A stretch of DNA of 64,000 nucleotides from Phoronis australis. Lineage: Eukaryota; Animalia; Phoronida. Each line of letters opens with the position of its first letter. Position 1 is the stretch's first letter. The DNA is taken from NCBI GenBank assembly GCA_002633005.1, contig NMRA01000369.1, positions 147,885 through 211,884 on the forward strand, given 5' to 3'. A program made the translations under genes and the position numbers. The notes under the pieces were generated by a model. That model did no database searches, had not been told where the DNA came from, and saw only the letters and a program-made list of their open reading frames with translations. Below, piece after piece: positions 12,427-23,957 of this stretch.

Positions 12427-13084
12427 GTAGAGAGTGTCGGTGGTGGTGGTTATGAGGGCGACTCTGAGCCAACCTGCGACAGCTCCGTGCCTTCAGACAG
12501 CAAGATGTCGATGGATGAATATGAATTCAACGAACCCGACTCGCCCTCTACTGCAGGGGGTCGTATACGTAAGAACCCCAAGTCCAGTCACAAGAACACA
12601 TCCAAGCCCGCTCGGAAAAGAACAGGCTCGCATAAGTCTCGGGACGTGAAGCATAAGAGAATGTCCGAAGAATCTTCTAATGAGGAGAACACAGATACCA
12701 ATGAATCTGGAATTGAGATCAGTTTCAGATGCGTCACTGACTCTGGTCGTGGTGTTAAGATCACGCAACATCCCATTGCAAAAAGCACACCTGCTTACAA
12801 GAGACTTGCATGCGACCTGAAGGACAGCGGTGTACCGCCTCAACCGTTCAAAGTGGCTCGGTTCACTAGCACCGAGACGTCAACGCCAGGCCCGTTTGCC
12901 CGGTCGTCCAGCAAGATGTTCCTGGATGACTGCTTTGGGTTTAACTCTCTACAGTCACCCGCAGCCATGCCCTCACCTGTGAGGAGAGTGATCACACCCA
13001 TGTCTGACTATGGCAGCATCACTCCGTCCGGATTCGACTCGACTTCGCAAAAGTCTCAGTCATCGCTAAAAAGTGGCCAGTTTG
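12427..13084 (+). CDS. CDCA5: Sororin-like gene exon 3 (S/T-P rich, FGF motif)
   Basis: 658-nt open exon with higher GC, ending G|GTGAGT. Encodes basic stretches, STP motifs (KSTPA, TSTPG) and DDCFGFN, an FGF motif of the kind used by Sororin/WAPL to bind PDS5. Confidence 0.65.
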
Positions 13085-13585
13085 GTGAGTTTTGTTTGTG
13101 GACTTAATACGACGTTTGCGGGGAAATTTGAAATGCTGGCTTTACATGGTTTGCATGGGAAACTGGATAACTTTGATATGGCAAAACACAGCTGTGCAGT
13201 TCCATCCATATATCAATAAGCTATTTACAAGCCAGAGATTATCTTGATATATCAGTTAAAGTAAAAATCCTTCAGTTTGGGGTACAGTATGATGAACATG
13301 CGTGGACGTTGTCTGACAAAATTTCATTGATTTTAAACAAAGAAAATTTGCAAACAAAAATGAACGTCTTTTTTAAATGATTCAGTGATAATTTGTCTGT
13401 TTAGCCTCTCAGATTTTGCCTTTGCTATAGCATCAATGAAACCAGACGAATTTTGACGCAAACTTCTTTGTGAGTTCATGCTACATTAGAACAGAAAATA
13501 TCAGCATGGAGGATGAACATTGGTTTTTGAGTCCAGGTTTAATTGGTGTTCACTTAAATACATGTCTCTTCAATGTGTCTTTCAG

Positions 13586-13650
13586 AGCCAAAGGCAGATT
13601 TTGTGCTGTCTGATGAAAAAACTAAGAAAGAAAAGAAACCCAGGAGAAAT
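13586..13650 (+). CDS. CDCA5: Sororin-like gene exon 4 (EPKADFVLSDEKTKKEKKPRRN)
   Basis: Acceptor tgtgtctttcAG and donor AAT|GTAAGG. Phase 1 matches exon 3. Encodes the polybasic tract that precedes the Sororin C-terminal domain. Confidence 0.65.
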
Positions 13651-14573
13651 GTAAGGCTTTTTGTGTAATTCTTGAAACAGATATTAAACGATTTTTTTGT
13701 ATATATGAATACTACACCAGGTACTCATATTCATCAGCCTCCAGATATTGTGGTCGTTCAGTGAAATTTTGCTAAGAGCTATTCACATGATGGATTAGAA
13801 CACGCTAGACCCCTAGCAAGGCCTAGTCTCGCACACTAGAGAACAAGAAATAAATATTTGTGTATCCTTGCTTCTATTCTTCATTGTAAACACCAGTACC
13901 TCCTTCCATCCTCACCCATTTCTTCTGTAAAAACCTTTGTCATGATTAATTTTCTGCCTATCTCGACTGCTGGCATTCCAGTTCTAAAAATATACCCACT
14001 ATCCACATCCCAAAATACCGCATTGCCTTTCAAATTCTGCAGTAATTACCCACCCTGCTCCCTACGGCTTATCTATTGTTGGTGTTTATCGTTGACATGC
14101 TTATCGCTATTTTACATCAAAGTTAATTTGCCATTCTGTTACCTGTAAAACTTGTATGTCATGAGTTATAATACTGATATAAAAATGACCAAAAATTAGG
14201 TCAATGATAGGATGTATTTTTCCATATCCAGAAAAGAGAAAACTCGGATTTTAGGACCAGGTTATTTCTTAATGATTTTTTGTTAAGGTATTTTATTTCA
14301 GCAGGATTCAAAGTTAATACGATCTAAATGGTATTTTGAAATTTGCCCCTTGACTTTTGTTGTTCACTTTGATTACTAGAAGCACAGAATGATGTACTTT
14401 TACAATAGATTTTGTTTTAAGTTTGTATTGAACATATGAAAAGCTCTTCACTTCATGGTTTTGGCCAAGTTTCGAAATTTACAAGCAAAAATATGCCTGC
14501 AAGATTAAAGTTTAGTTCTCGCATTGTCCAGAGATGAAATTGAAACCTGATAAAAAGCAGCCAATGTGTTAGC

Positions 14574-15041
14574 GTTTATAAGGTTAGAAATCTAAATTGT
14601 CAGTACATACATTGAGGTTTATAAGTTTAGAAATGTTAAATTGTCAGTACATACATTGAGGTTTATAAGGTTAGAAATGTTAAATTGTCAGTACATACAT
14701 TGAGGTTTATAAGGTTAGAAATGTTAAATTGTCAGTACATACATTGAGGTTTATAAGGTTAGAAATGTTAAATTGTCAGTACATACATTGAGGTTTATAA
14801 GGTTAGAAATGTTAAATTGTCAGTACATACATTGAGGTTTATAAGGTTAGAAATGTTAAATTGTCAGTACATACATTGAGGTTTATAAGGTTAGAAATGT
14901 TAAATTGTCAGTACATACATTGAGGTTTATAAGGTTAGAAATGTTAAATTGTCAGTACATACATTGAGGTTTATAAGGTTAGAAATGTTAAATTGTCAGT
15001 ACATACATTGAGGTTTATAAGGTTAGAAATGTTAAATTGTC
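14574..15041 (+). repeat. 44-bp minisatellite, ~10.6 nearly identical copies, ending at an N
   Basis: Unit GTTTATAAGGTTAGAAATGTTAAATTGTCAGTACATACATTGAG, head-to-tail with no spacers. Confidence 0.97.
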
Positions 15042-17453
15042 NAAGGGGAAAAGTCGTTTTTAGCTGGTACTGTAAAACTCGCTTCAGCTTTGTCTTCACT
15101 TATGCTCGGAGAAAATCCTGCTGCACAGTTGACTGTTTTAATTTCTGCATTTATCCATTTCCATTAGTTGGAATTTGCATTACTTTCATGAAATTTCTCA
15201 GTCGGTGATTAATTACATGTGACTCGAGAACCTTTCGCGCAAAAGATTACTTAAGCTATGTATGAATTCAAAGCATTTTGAAACTCACTTATTTTTGTGT
15301 GACAGTTACTTTGTCACATTCTCACCAAAACGATGTTGCAGTGGACTCATGCTCTCTATTCTGGTATGCTCGAGTGACAAGCGTTGCTTTCCCGCATTTT
15401 GTTTACACATCACCAAAATATCTGTGATGTCACCCCAGCTTTGTAAACTGACAATTGCATTTGAAAAATGGTATCAGCACTGTAGATGAAATCCCCCGAA
15501 TTTAGGAGACATGACGTGGCATTCCCCTGTAACTATGGCAATGCTGTGGTGGATCTAACTGTTATGATGGCTGAGCATTTTGGACGTGAAGGGGCAACTA
15601 GTCCAAATATTGGCTTAGACTTTTTCGGACAGTTTTAAATTGTGGGTGTTGTTCACACACTATAGCTTACTGAAAGCAGTTCTTTGTGAACCCTGCTCTT
15701 CATAATACAACTGTCCCAGTTGAACTGTGTAACTAAACACAGCTTAGCAAAGGGTTCTTGGTACTGGTTGAGAGGATAACTGTTTAATTAGCCCCTGTGG
15801 ATCCATGAATAAATGAGCTGGGAATTAGTGTGAACAGCATGAAGGTTAGCAACATACAAACACCACTTTGTCATTCCTTTCATTGAATCAAATCGTGTTT
15901 TAGTGGAAAATTTACGCCAAAGTCATTGGTTTTCCTCAGTCAACAATGTGCATTGTTGATACAGCCCAGTGTAGGGTTCATCTGTGTTTTGAATAGAGTG
16001 TAAATAATAGGATTTAACACATTTTATCAGTAGGATTTTTTGTTGTATTTGTATTTTTGTATTGTAATATATTCCGTAATCGTGGTTGAGGTTTGTCATG
16101 ACAGTTCTAAATTACTGGCGGCGGAATACCTCTGAATAGAATAAAATGGAATAAATCAGAAATCCAAAGTTATGGTGGAGGTCTAGTAGAAATCATGGTA
16201 ATGACTTTAGTGGAAGATATTAAAATTATGCCATGAATATAATTTTCTGTAATGTTGGTGTGTATCATGTAACACTTTTGACTGTGCGTTGAACTGAGTG
16301 TTGGTAAAGTGCCTACTGTTTTTATTATTTGTACTTACTGTTTGTATATCAAACTGTCATTTATTTCACAGGCACTAAGTGTTACTGTAGGCTACATACA
16401 GTTGCGCCCTCTCACAGCAAACATGGATTATGTTTACTCACTTATAACAGCCCTTTTACAATTTGATTCGGTCACAGTGAATGTTTTAGAAAGGTTGCGT
16501 TAGGGTTCATTGTGATGCAGGTTGATAGTAGAAAGAGTTGGCTGGCTATGGAGTTATAGTTCTCAGTGACGAGGTGGTGAAGATTTAGTGTTACCTCGTC
16601 TTGTGTGTGCTGATATGAACTCGCTTTCTGCCGAAATTTCTTCATTTTGACTGAGATCACTTGGGTCTCTCAAACTGCTTCTTACTCTCATTAGAAAAGA
16701 TTTTAGTCTTTTGAGGAACCGACAATTTGTTATGGCTCGAGATTAGACTCGTTGCTTAGAATGACCTGGATTGACCTATGTTATTGAGGCTGGGCAATAA
16801 TAAGGAATGGCCAGATGTTTCAGCCGAGAAATGACTAACAACTTGAAACCACCTCAGGGCTTGGAATTTTCCTCTTTTAAAAGGATTTCCTCTTTTTTGG
16901 TTTCAATTTTGTCTTATTTGATTTCAAGGTTCCTCTTTTTCCTCTCTTTTTTATCATTATTTTTACTTTATTCATGCAGAAACGTTTATTTCAATTACAT
17001 TTTACAATGCAAAAAATATTTCTATCACACAAGCCTATTTATTTTTGGAACCGTACTTAAACTGGAATTTTTTTTTCTCTTATTTTGTCTTTGGTCATTC
17101 CAAGCCCTGCAACTATGGCAAGTGATCTCAGTCAGGCAACTTGGTCTTTTTGGTGAAAGGCGAGTTGATGACAGTTTTTAATTACTGTAATTCTCACTTA
17201 TTTGCCACAAAAATAATTGTCGTTTTTACAATTATGAAAGGCTGTTTACCTTGCTGCATGGAAACTACCAAATGTTGTTATATGACATCTACACACTGCA
17301 AAAAAATGAAATCTAACTAAATATAATTTTACTGGTAGGTCATAGTGTGTATGGTAAAAAAGTGAAGAATTTCTGTNCCCCCCCCCCCCCACTGCTGCGC
17401 CGTCCATCGTCATTGGCAGTGCACCACAGGGGGTCTGGGGGCTCAATAGCTCC

Positions 17454-18056
17454 CCTCGCTGGTTCCCTGCGTGCCGTTAGGTGGTCAGTAGCCAGCACGC
17501 AGGTGTCACTTAATTTTCCTCGGGAAATTTTTTTTACACCGGCGTTTCTGATTGGCTAGTCGAATTGTCAACAGGCAGCGCTATACGCAAACAAACTGGC
17601 ATCATAGATACTCTGTAGTCTATGCTAGCTGGCGTGATTGATGGACTGAAGTGTAAATGAGGACTGTTGTGTATGACAAATCGGTGCTTAAAATTTATGT
17701 TCAGGAAATGTTAATCCTAGAAATTATGGTTGCGCCTTCTTTCTATTGTCGACTTTTGTTTACAATACTCTCCTGTATTCATACAGTATGAATATCACAC
17801 CGGTTAAATCGGCCAGATATGTGTTTATTGTACATGGAAGTGCTTCAAGCACACGGCTATTAAACATCACTGAAGAAACGAAATAGTTGCTGCGACGCCA
17901 CTTGCATGGCAAGGCTAAAAATCGCTCACAGTCCGCCATTTTTTCACGGTGTTGTAAAACTAACCAATGACTACTGAGGTTACATCAACCAATGCTAAAG
18001 CGCGTCTCCCTGCGTGATACCTGCATGCTGACTTGGCACGAGGGGACTAGCGAGAA
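17454..18056. mobile_element. Probable degenerate MITE with imperfect terminal inverted repeats
   Basis: CTCGCTGGTTCCCTGCGTGCC..CAGCACGCAGG on the left is the approximate reverse complement of CCTGCATGCTG..GGCACGAGGGGACTAGCGAG on the right. Confidence 0.4.
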
Positions 18057-18329
18057 TAGCTTCCCCACTCATTTCAGTGCTGCGCTGCCCATGCGCATTT
18101 TTCACTGACAATGTTTTCTTGTCGTGAACTGCAATTCCTTTCAATAGCAGGAGACGTTCTGCATACAGTGCAATGAATAGAAACTCTGTTATTGGACTTT
18201 AAATACTACCATTGTTCATGTTATACAAAATACGTCCATTAGAATGTAATTGCAGTGTGTTGGAAAGCTCATTAGAAAATGCTTGTAGTCATGACAACAT
18301 AAAGCTGTTAGTAAAAACACCTGTGTGGT

Positions 18330-19240
18330 TCGTGGGGGGAGTAGCTTTAATTATTAGACAGGAGCGACACTCGTCTTTGTGCCACCAACTCCACAATGGA
18401 ATATCTGTTTCTTTGGCATTGCCAAACCTTTCGTCTTTTTGTAACATGTGTTGTGAAGGTTTCAATAAACACTCAGAAAGACAGCTTTCCTTTTCATTGC
18501 ATGGTGAACGTCCTCGTGTTTCATTGGAAGTTAACGAGGCAAAGTGGTTCCCTGGAGCTATTTTCCGTTTGGCTGATATCTTGCAAGTTTGACCAGGTCA
18601 CAAATCATGTTAAGATATAGTCGTCCATAGTCTCTCTCATAGAAGTACTAATTTCATATAGCAGGAGACTGAAGGAATTTTAGGTTTAGTCACCAAACCA
18701 TAATTGAGTATCCTTTGAAAAAGGTAGGGTGTCAGTTACCTTCGTTTTTTTCGGACAGTTAAGCAGAGTTTTAAATAAATTAAATGATAAGTTTTTCGTT
18801 AGCATCTCTATCGGAGAATTCTCGTGAAAACTAGGCGTGATAGTGATATTCTGTTCAGGTGACATTAGGCTCCAGGCGGTGACTAAAAAATTCCGCATCA
18901 TTTTTCGCTGGTGTCAATTGGAATTTTTTACCGTATCTTTGAGGAACGCTTTTTTAAATCACATAACGTTGATTCGAACCGGGGACCTTCGCGCCCTCAG
19001 CCAAACCCTCTGCCGGACGAGCCAAGTCTTATTGAACGGTGGGATTTGTTAAGCATAACCGGGTAAGTCACTAACCTTGATTGCGCCGAATGTCTAGCAG
19101 AGTCTAATTGGCGATTGGCATTAAAATAAAAAACGCAACGTGTTTTATGGCTCTGATCAGTAACTTTAAAAAATCTATCCCTACCAACAATTATCCCGAA
19201 ATGCCGTAAAACGATAATGTCGCAAACCAACGTTTTGCTT
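18330..19240 (-). mobile_element. Possible degraded L1/Tx1-type LINE ORF2 fragment
   Basis: Broken-frame fragments (LRHFGIIVG.., ARHSAQSRLVT.., ECRSC) loosely resemble post-RT motifs. Weak. Confidence 0.25.
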
Positions 19241-21166
19241 GAAAACTAATTGTTATAGGGTAGCGTGTTACAAGTGAAAATCCGAATTTTCTTTCATGAC
19301 ACCTGAATTATGACAATGAAGCACGTTGGTCTGATATTAAAAGTGCAATGAGTCAAAGAAATTTGTTATGGCTCAGATTTTAGTCTACGTCGTAAACGTC
19401 GAATTTCAGAACGTTATGGCGTGGTACTGGCGCTGTGGGTGGGTTGAATAACAAAATTGATGGCGGATGGCGAAAGATGATGATTAATTTGTAAGAGCAA
19501 AACCGGCCTTCACTAAATGATGTGGTGTATTTTAATGTGTTTTGTATATATTAATTAAATTATTTGTATCAGTTGTTATGAGACTAAAATTTTCACAAAA
19601 AATGAAAAGCCAGGAGTGATGACTAAAAATAAAGATGCAATTATTCTTAAAAACCGATGATACATGTCAAAAGCATAATATTTTATGAGTGTCTTTTATG
19701 ACTGAGATGTTACTGAAGATCTCCCCGGAAAAAGACTGAGTGAACTACATGGAAATCACCAAAAAGTAGTCGTAATTAAAGCTGGCACGAAAAAGGTAGG
19801 TACGATGAAATCTATACGTGTCGCCATTCAAATTCAATTGGCACGGATTGGGACTAGTTTTAGGCGACCTAAAAATGGTTTGCTCTCGATCGCTTTTTCC
19901 TAATTCATTTGCTCCGTGATGGACTGTTCCACTGGTAAACATTTTATAGTTCTGTTTCGCCGCGCTCATTCTTGTTGCCACAAATACCTGTCGTATTCAG
20001 CCTGGCTGCCACTGAAAATTTTGTTCTTTTTTCAGCTAAACTTATCAAATAAATATTTCGAATCACGCACACATTTGACGGTAGGTAGCAAGGGGGAAGA
20101 CAAACTGAATTTCATTCTATTAGGTCTTACTAGTTAATTGCGGTTTTTAATTTTTTGTAATAACGAACACGAAAGACAAAAACTAGAACAAACAATGCGC
20201 AGACTATTGTTTTATTCGTTTGTTGCGACAATGATCAGTTTAAAAAATAATCTCATGTCTTATTTGAAAATTTTGTTCAAGAACTGTTGATCGCTTCATT
20301 AACAATACAGATTGGATTTTGTTATACATTGTATCAGGTAGCTGACCTACCTGGAGTAAATTATTAGGCAAAAACTGAAGGTGCTAATTCCTATGGTGTG
20401 AAGGAGTTGCCCTCCTTCACGACATTTCCTACTGCGGTAGCTAAGGTCTAGATACCCCAAACCGCACCAGCGAATTTATACATGCCTCGATCCTACAACA
20501 GATACACCAAGTATTGTCCAACAATTAAAGTCCAATTAAGAAGGCGAGGTAGCGTTGACGAAGGAACTAACTTTAGTTTATTGTGCTGGCAAAGACTTCG
20601 TCAATACCTCTGGGAAGGCCTACAGCGTTGTTTCGCGTTGGCGGCGAGTCAAGTCGGCTGTGGCTTGTCAACATGAATAGGCCAATAGCATACACCTTGA
20701 CTTAATATTGAACACTTTAAATTGACATTATCGGAAACAAAAGTGATTTTCCAGGATCAGCTCCAGCGCGCATTCACGCTAGAAACCTTCGCGGTGGCAG
20801 TCAAGCCCTCGGGCAATTACATCGCCTGTGTACGCCACCTTTACCTCAAAGAATTCGTCCAATCATAAGAAAGATGAAAATATGTGCCCGGATAAATAAC
20901 ATTTCCACCCAGGCTGAAATTTCAATCCGGGTATAAATAATTCGTATCTAACTTGAAATACCTTCCACCCGGCTGGAAACTATTTCCGCCTAGGTTGAAA
21001 TAATTTCCTCCCGGGAGGAAATTATTTTCGCCCGGGTGGAAATTATTGAAATTCTTTTAACACATCACGGTTTAGCAATGATTCTTAAAATTATTTAATT
21101 AATTAAGAAATTGAAGGTAAATTCTCTGTTCTTTGGAAAAATACATTATTTCGAGCATGGGCGCAA

Positions 21167-23957
21167 TGATACGCGGTAAAATGTAACAAGTTGTTACATT
21201 TTACGTAGTTGTTACATTTTACGTCGAATGCACATGCGATAAATGTACCATTGTTACATTTTACGAAACCAACGTCATATTCATTGTTACAAAGAAAATG
21301 ACCAAAATCAATATCAAGTGGTATCTTATACGGCTAGGGAACTCGAGTATTTTTGGATACCTACCCGTTTAAAGAGTGTGTTCGGGCAGAAAAGTTACCC
21401 ATTTAGAGACTAATTTTGTGTAAAAAAAACTCACATTTTCGCAGTCGTTCTCCAAAAATTCAGAAAAGGTAACCTTTTAGAGAGTATTTTGTCTAAAATA
21501 GCATCATTTTGGAGAGTATTTTTGCTGTGAAAAAACTTCCGTTTGGCGGCACGTTTCGTATACCTCTTCTATAGGAATGCCGTACGGGCTGACACGGCAT
21601 GAATCTGGCTACACATTATCATTTTTATTACTATTACATTACTATTATTACCATTACTACTATTGCTGCTACTACTACTATTACTACTTTCACTAGTATT
21701 ACTGGTTATCGGCTTCGTTATTATCAATAATACTTTAAAATTTATTTAACGAGGACACAGTGCAATATACACAATATATGTTCAGCAAAGTGCTAATACA
21801 CCATTGCCCTCAAAGATTTTAAAATCATCTCATTTATGGTTCAATGTTTTCACCGGGCTTCCCATAATGGACAGCGAGTGCTGTTTAAAAAGGATTTTAA
21901 AGGGGCTCCTATGTTCAGTTTTAACGATATTGTGAGAAACGTCGTGGCAGCAGTGGATGCAGAGTAGGCCTATTATTTTTTGGAAACGAGGAGGTTGAGA
22001 TTTAAAATCTTGTTTAGACGTGCGCCACATCAAAAATTTATTATTCCTGAACTATCGGCAACCGCGGTGTTGTTTGTAAATATAACTATATCCTTCTGTA
22101 GTTTGAAACGAAGAACTGATTTCAGACTGTACATGTAATTTTTTACTTGCGACTTGCAGCTAAACGAGAGGATATTTACCGTGTTATCATTTTTGTCTCT
22201 GGTGGAAGACATTCCTTTTCAAAGAACTAGGGCTCGTTTTACAATGATGTGTACGTTCAAAAATCGCGTTAAGTTGAACTCTGGAGGCAGACAGTTTTCG
22301 AGAATTAGCGACTAGTCGGCTATGATGATGACTGCGGTCACCGGGTCACTAGAAGAGCTGGTAACGGACAAACAAAACAGGCAACAATTTCATGTGGAAT
22401 GGGCCCCAATATTCTTAAAAAGACACAGTGATTTAACCGAGTGATTTGAATTAGGTTTCATTAAGAGTTGGTTGTATGGAACAAAAACGGCCAACGTCGA
22501 TGTCAGCGATGTTTAATACGCTCTTTATATGCGATGTACATGTACATGTAGCAATAGGGTTAGTATACGAAAATCACTTATCTGCCTACAACCACGCGTG
22601 TTGTGGACGGCGAGCTGCAACACAAAAATGTCGCCTCATGAGACACATGACTTCACGTCCATTAATACTAGAATGTCCAATCACTGTCTTTATTTATATG
22701 TGCTTCAGTCTAACGAACATTGACTAAAAACCAATTTTAATTGATGTTTTATCCTAAAAGACAATAGAAAAAGAAAGTGCATGTTTTTGTAGTCCAAAAG
22801 GCCCACAGTCAGCTTTTTCGGACTAGTGTTCCTTTAAGCTATCGACCTAGACCCGGTTTGAGGAAAATGATTGTGTCCTTTCAGAGTGCCAAACTATTTT
22901 TAAATCCCCAGCTAGGCATCCCATTTGTACATATACACATCACGGTTTCACCTGCTGTTACCACCACTATTACAGACAGGTTTGACATCATAGGGACAAT
23001 AATATTTCTTTCAGGTGTTTAAAACACGTTTCTATGTGCCCCCACTTTTTTAAACTATTGGCTCGCCCTTCTCAAAGGCGATCTTTTGCTGTTGCACGGG
23101 CAAAATCTGTCAACCTGCCCGCAAATAAATGCATGCTTTTTTTCTTTCACCACTGACAATCTCTTTATCAGAAATTGTCATTCGTAACTAAGGTGGTAGA
23201 CAGAATCCATCGGCATCAGAAACTTTGGTCTTGCTCTTTTTGTGTGGAGCATTAGCGATGACTCCAAGCCAGTAAAACATTGGCTGAAATAAATCAAACT
23301 ATCGAGGACTAAAACGGGTGTTTTTTCTATCAAATTGTCTTCCGAAATTGACTTCTCCGTTAAAAAATATTATTGTCGTTTGTTCCCGAAGAAATACGAT
23401 AAATATTAACCAAAGTGCGATTTCATTGTTTCTGTTGTACTTACCAAGGTAAGTGTGTTTACCGTAATGCAGTATACACAATTGGTTTATGACCTGTGAG
23501 CGTCAACAAAAGATTGCAAGAACGCTTTAACATTAAAAACTTGTTACCTGATCCTGGAAACTCCTTTCCTCTGGAGTTGAAACTGTACGGGGTACATTTT
23601 TGATTATACCAAGAAACTACTCATGTTAAAAAACAATGGAAAGTACATAGGGACAAATCTATAAATTCGACCTGGCACATTTGATAGAATTTCATTCAAA
23701 CAACCCGTGAAAGAAGGCATTAAGTGTGTGAACCGTCTTCCTCCGTGTGGAAAATATCATACAAACTCATGAAATATGACGTCGCTTTCGTAAAATGTAA
23801 CAATGGTACATTTCTCGCCATGTGCATTCGACATAAATTGTAATAAATACATAAAATTTAACAATTTGTTACATTGTAGGAGAGGTCCTAGCAACATTAA
23901 ATGTACATTGTAACAATTGTTACATTTTACGAAATTGTTACATTTTACGGCGTACCA
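21167..23957. mobile_element. Long inverted repeat pair (foldback-like) built from GTAAAATGTAACAA units
   Basis: 21224-21282 is the near reverse complement of 23773-23832. Both ends read TG.TACGC.GTAAAATGTAACAA inward. No TSD found. Confidence 0.6.
21620..21702 (+). repeat. Imperfect (TAC/TAT)n microsatellite
   Basis: attactattacattactattattaccattactactattgctgctactactactatt... Confidence 0.85.

Noticed and set aside
14302-14379. Candidate Sororin last exon after the strong acceptor ttttatttcAG (QDSKLIRSKWYFEICPLTFVVHFDY*)
   Set aside because: In frame, but it does not match the Sororin C-terminal motif. The similar candidate at 16372 fails too. Cannot be supported without transcripts.
14574-15041. 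CRISPR-like array
   Set aside because: Units are contiguous with no unique spacers, there are no cas genes, and the context is eukaryotic.
20340-20680. Possible hAT dimerisation-domain remnant
   Set aside because: Resemblance is too faint to support by eye.
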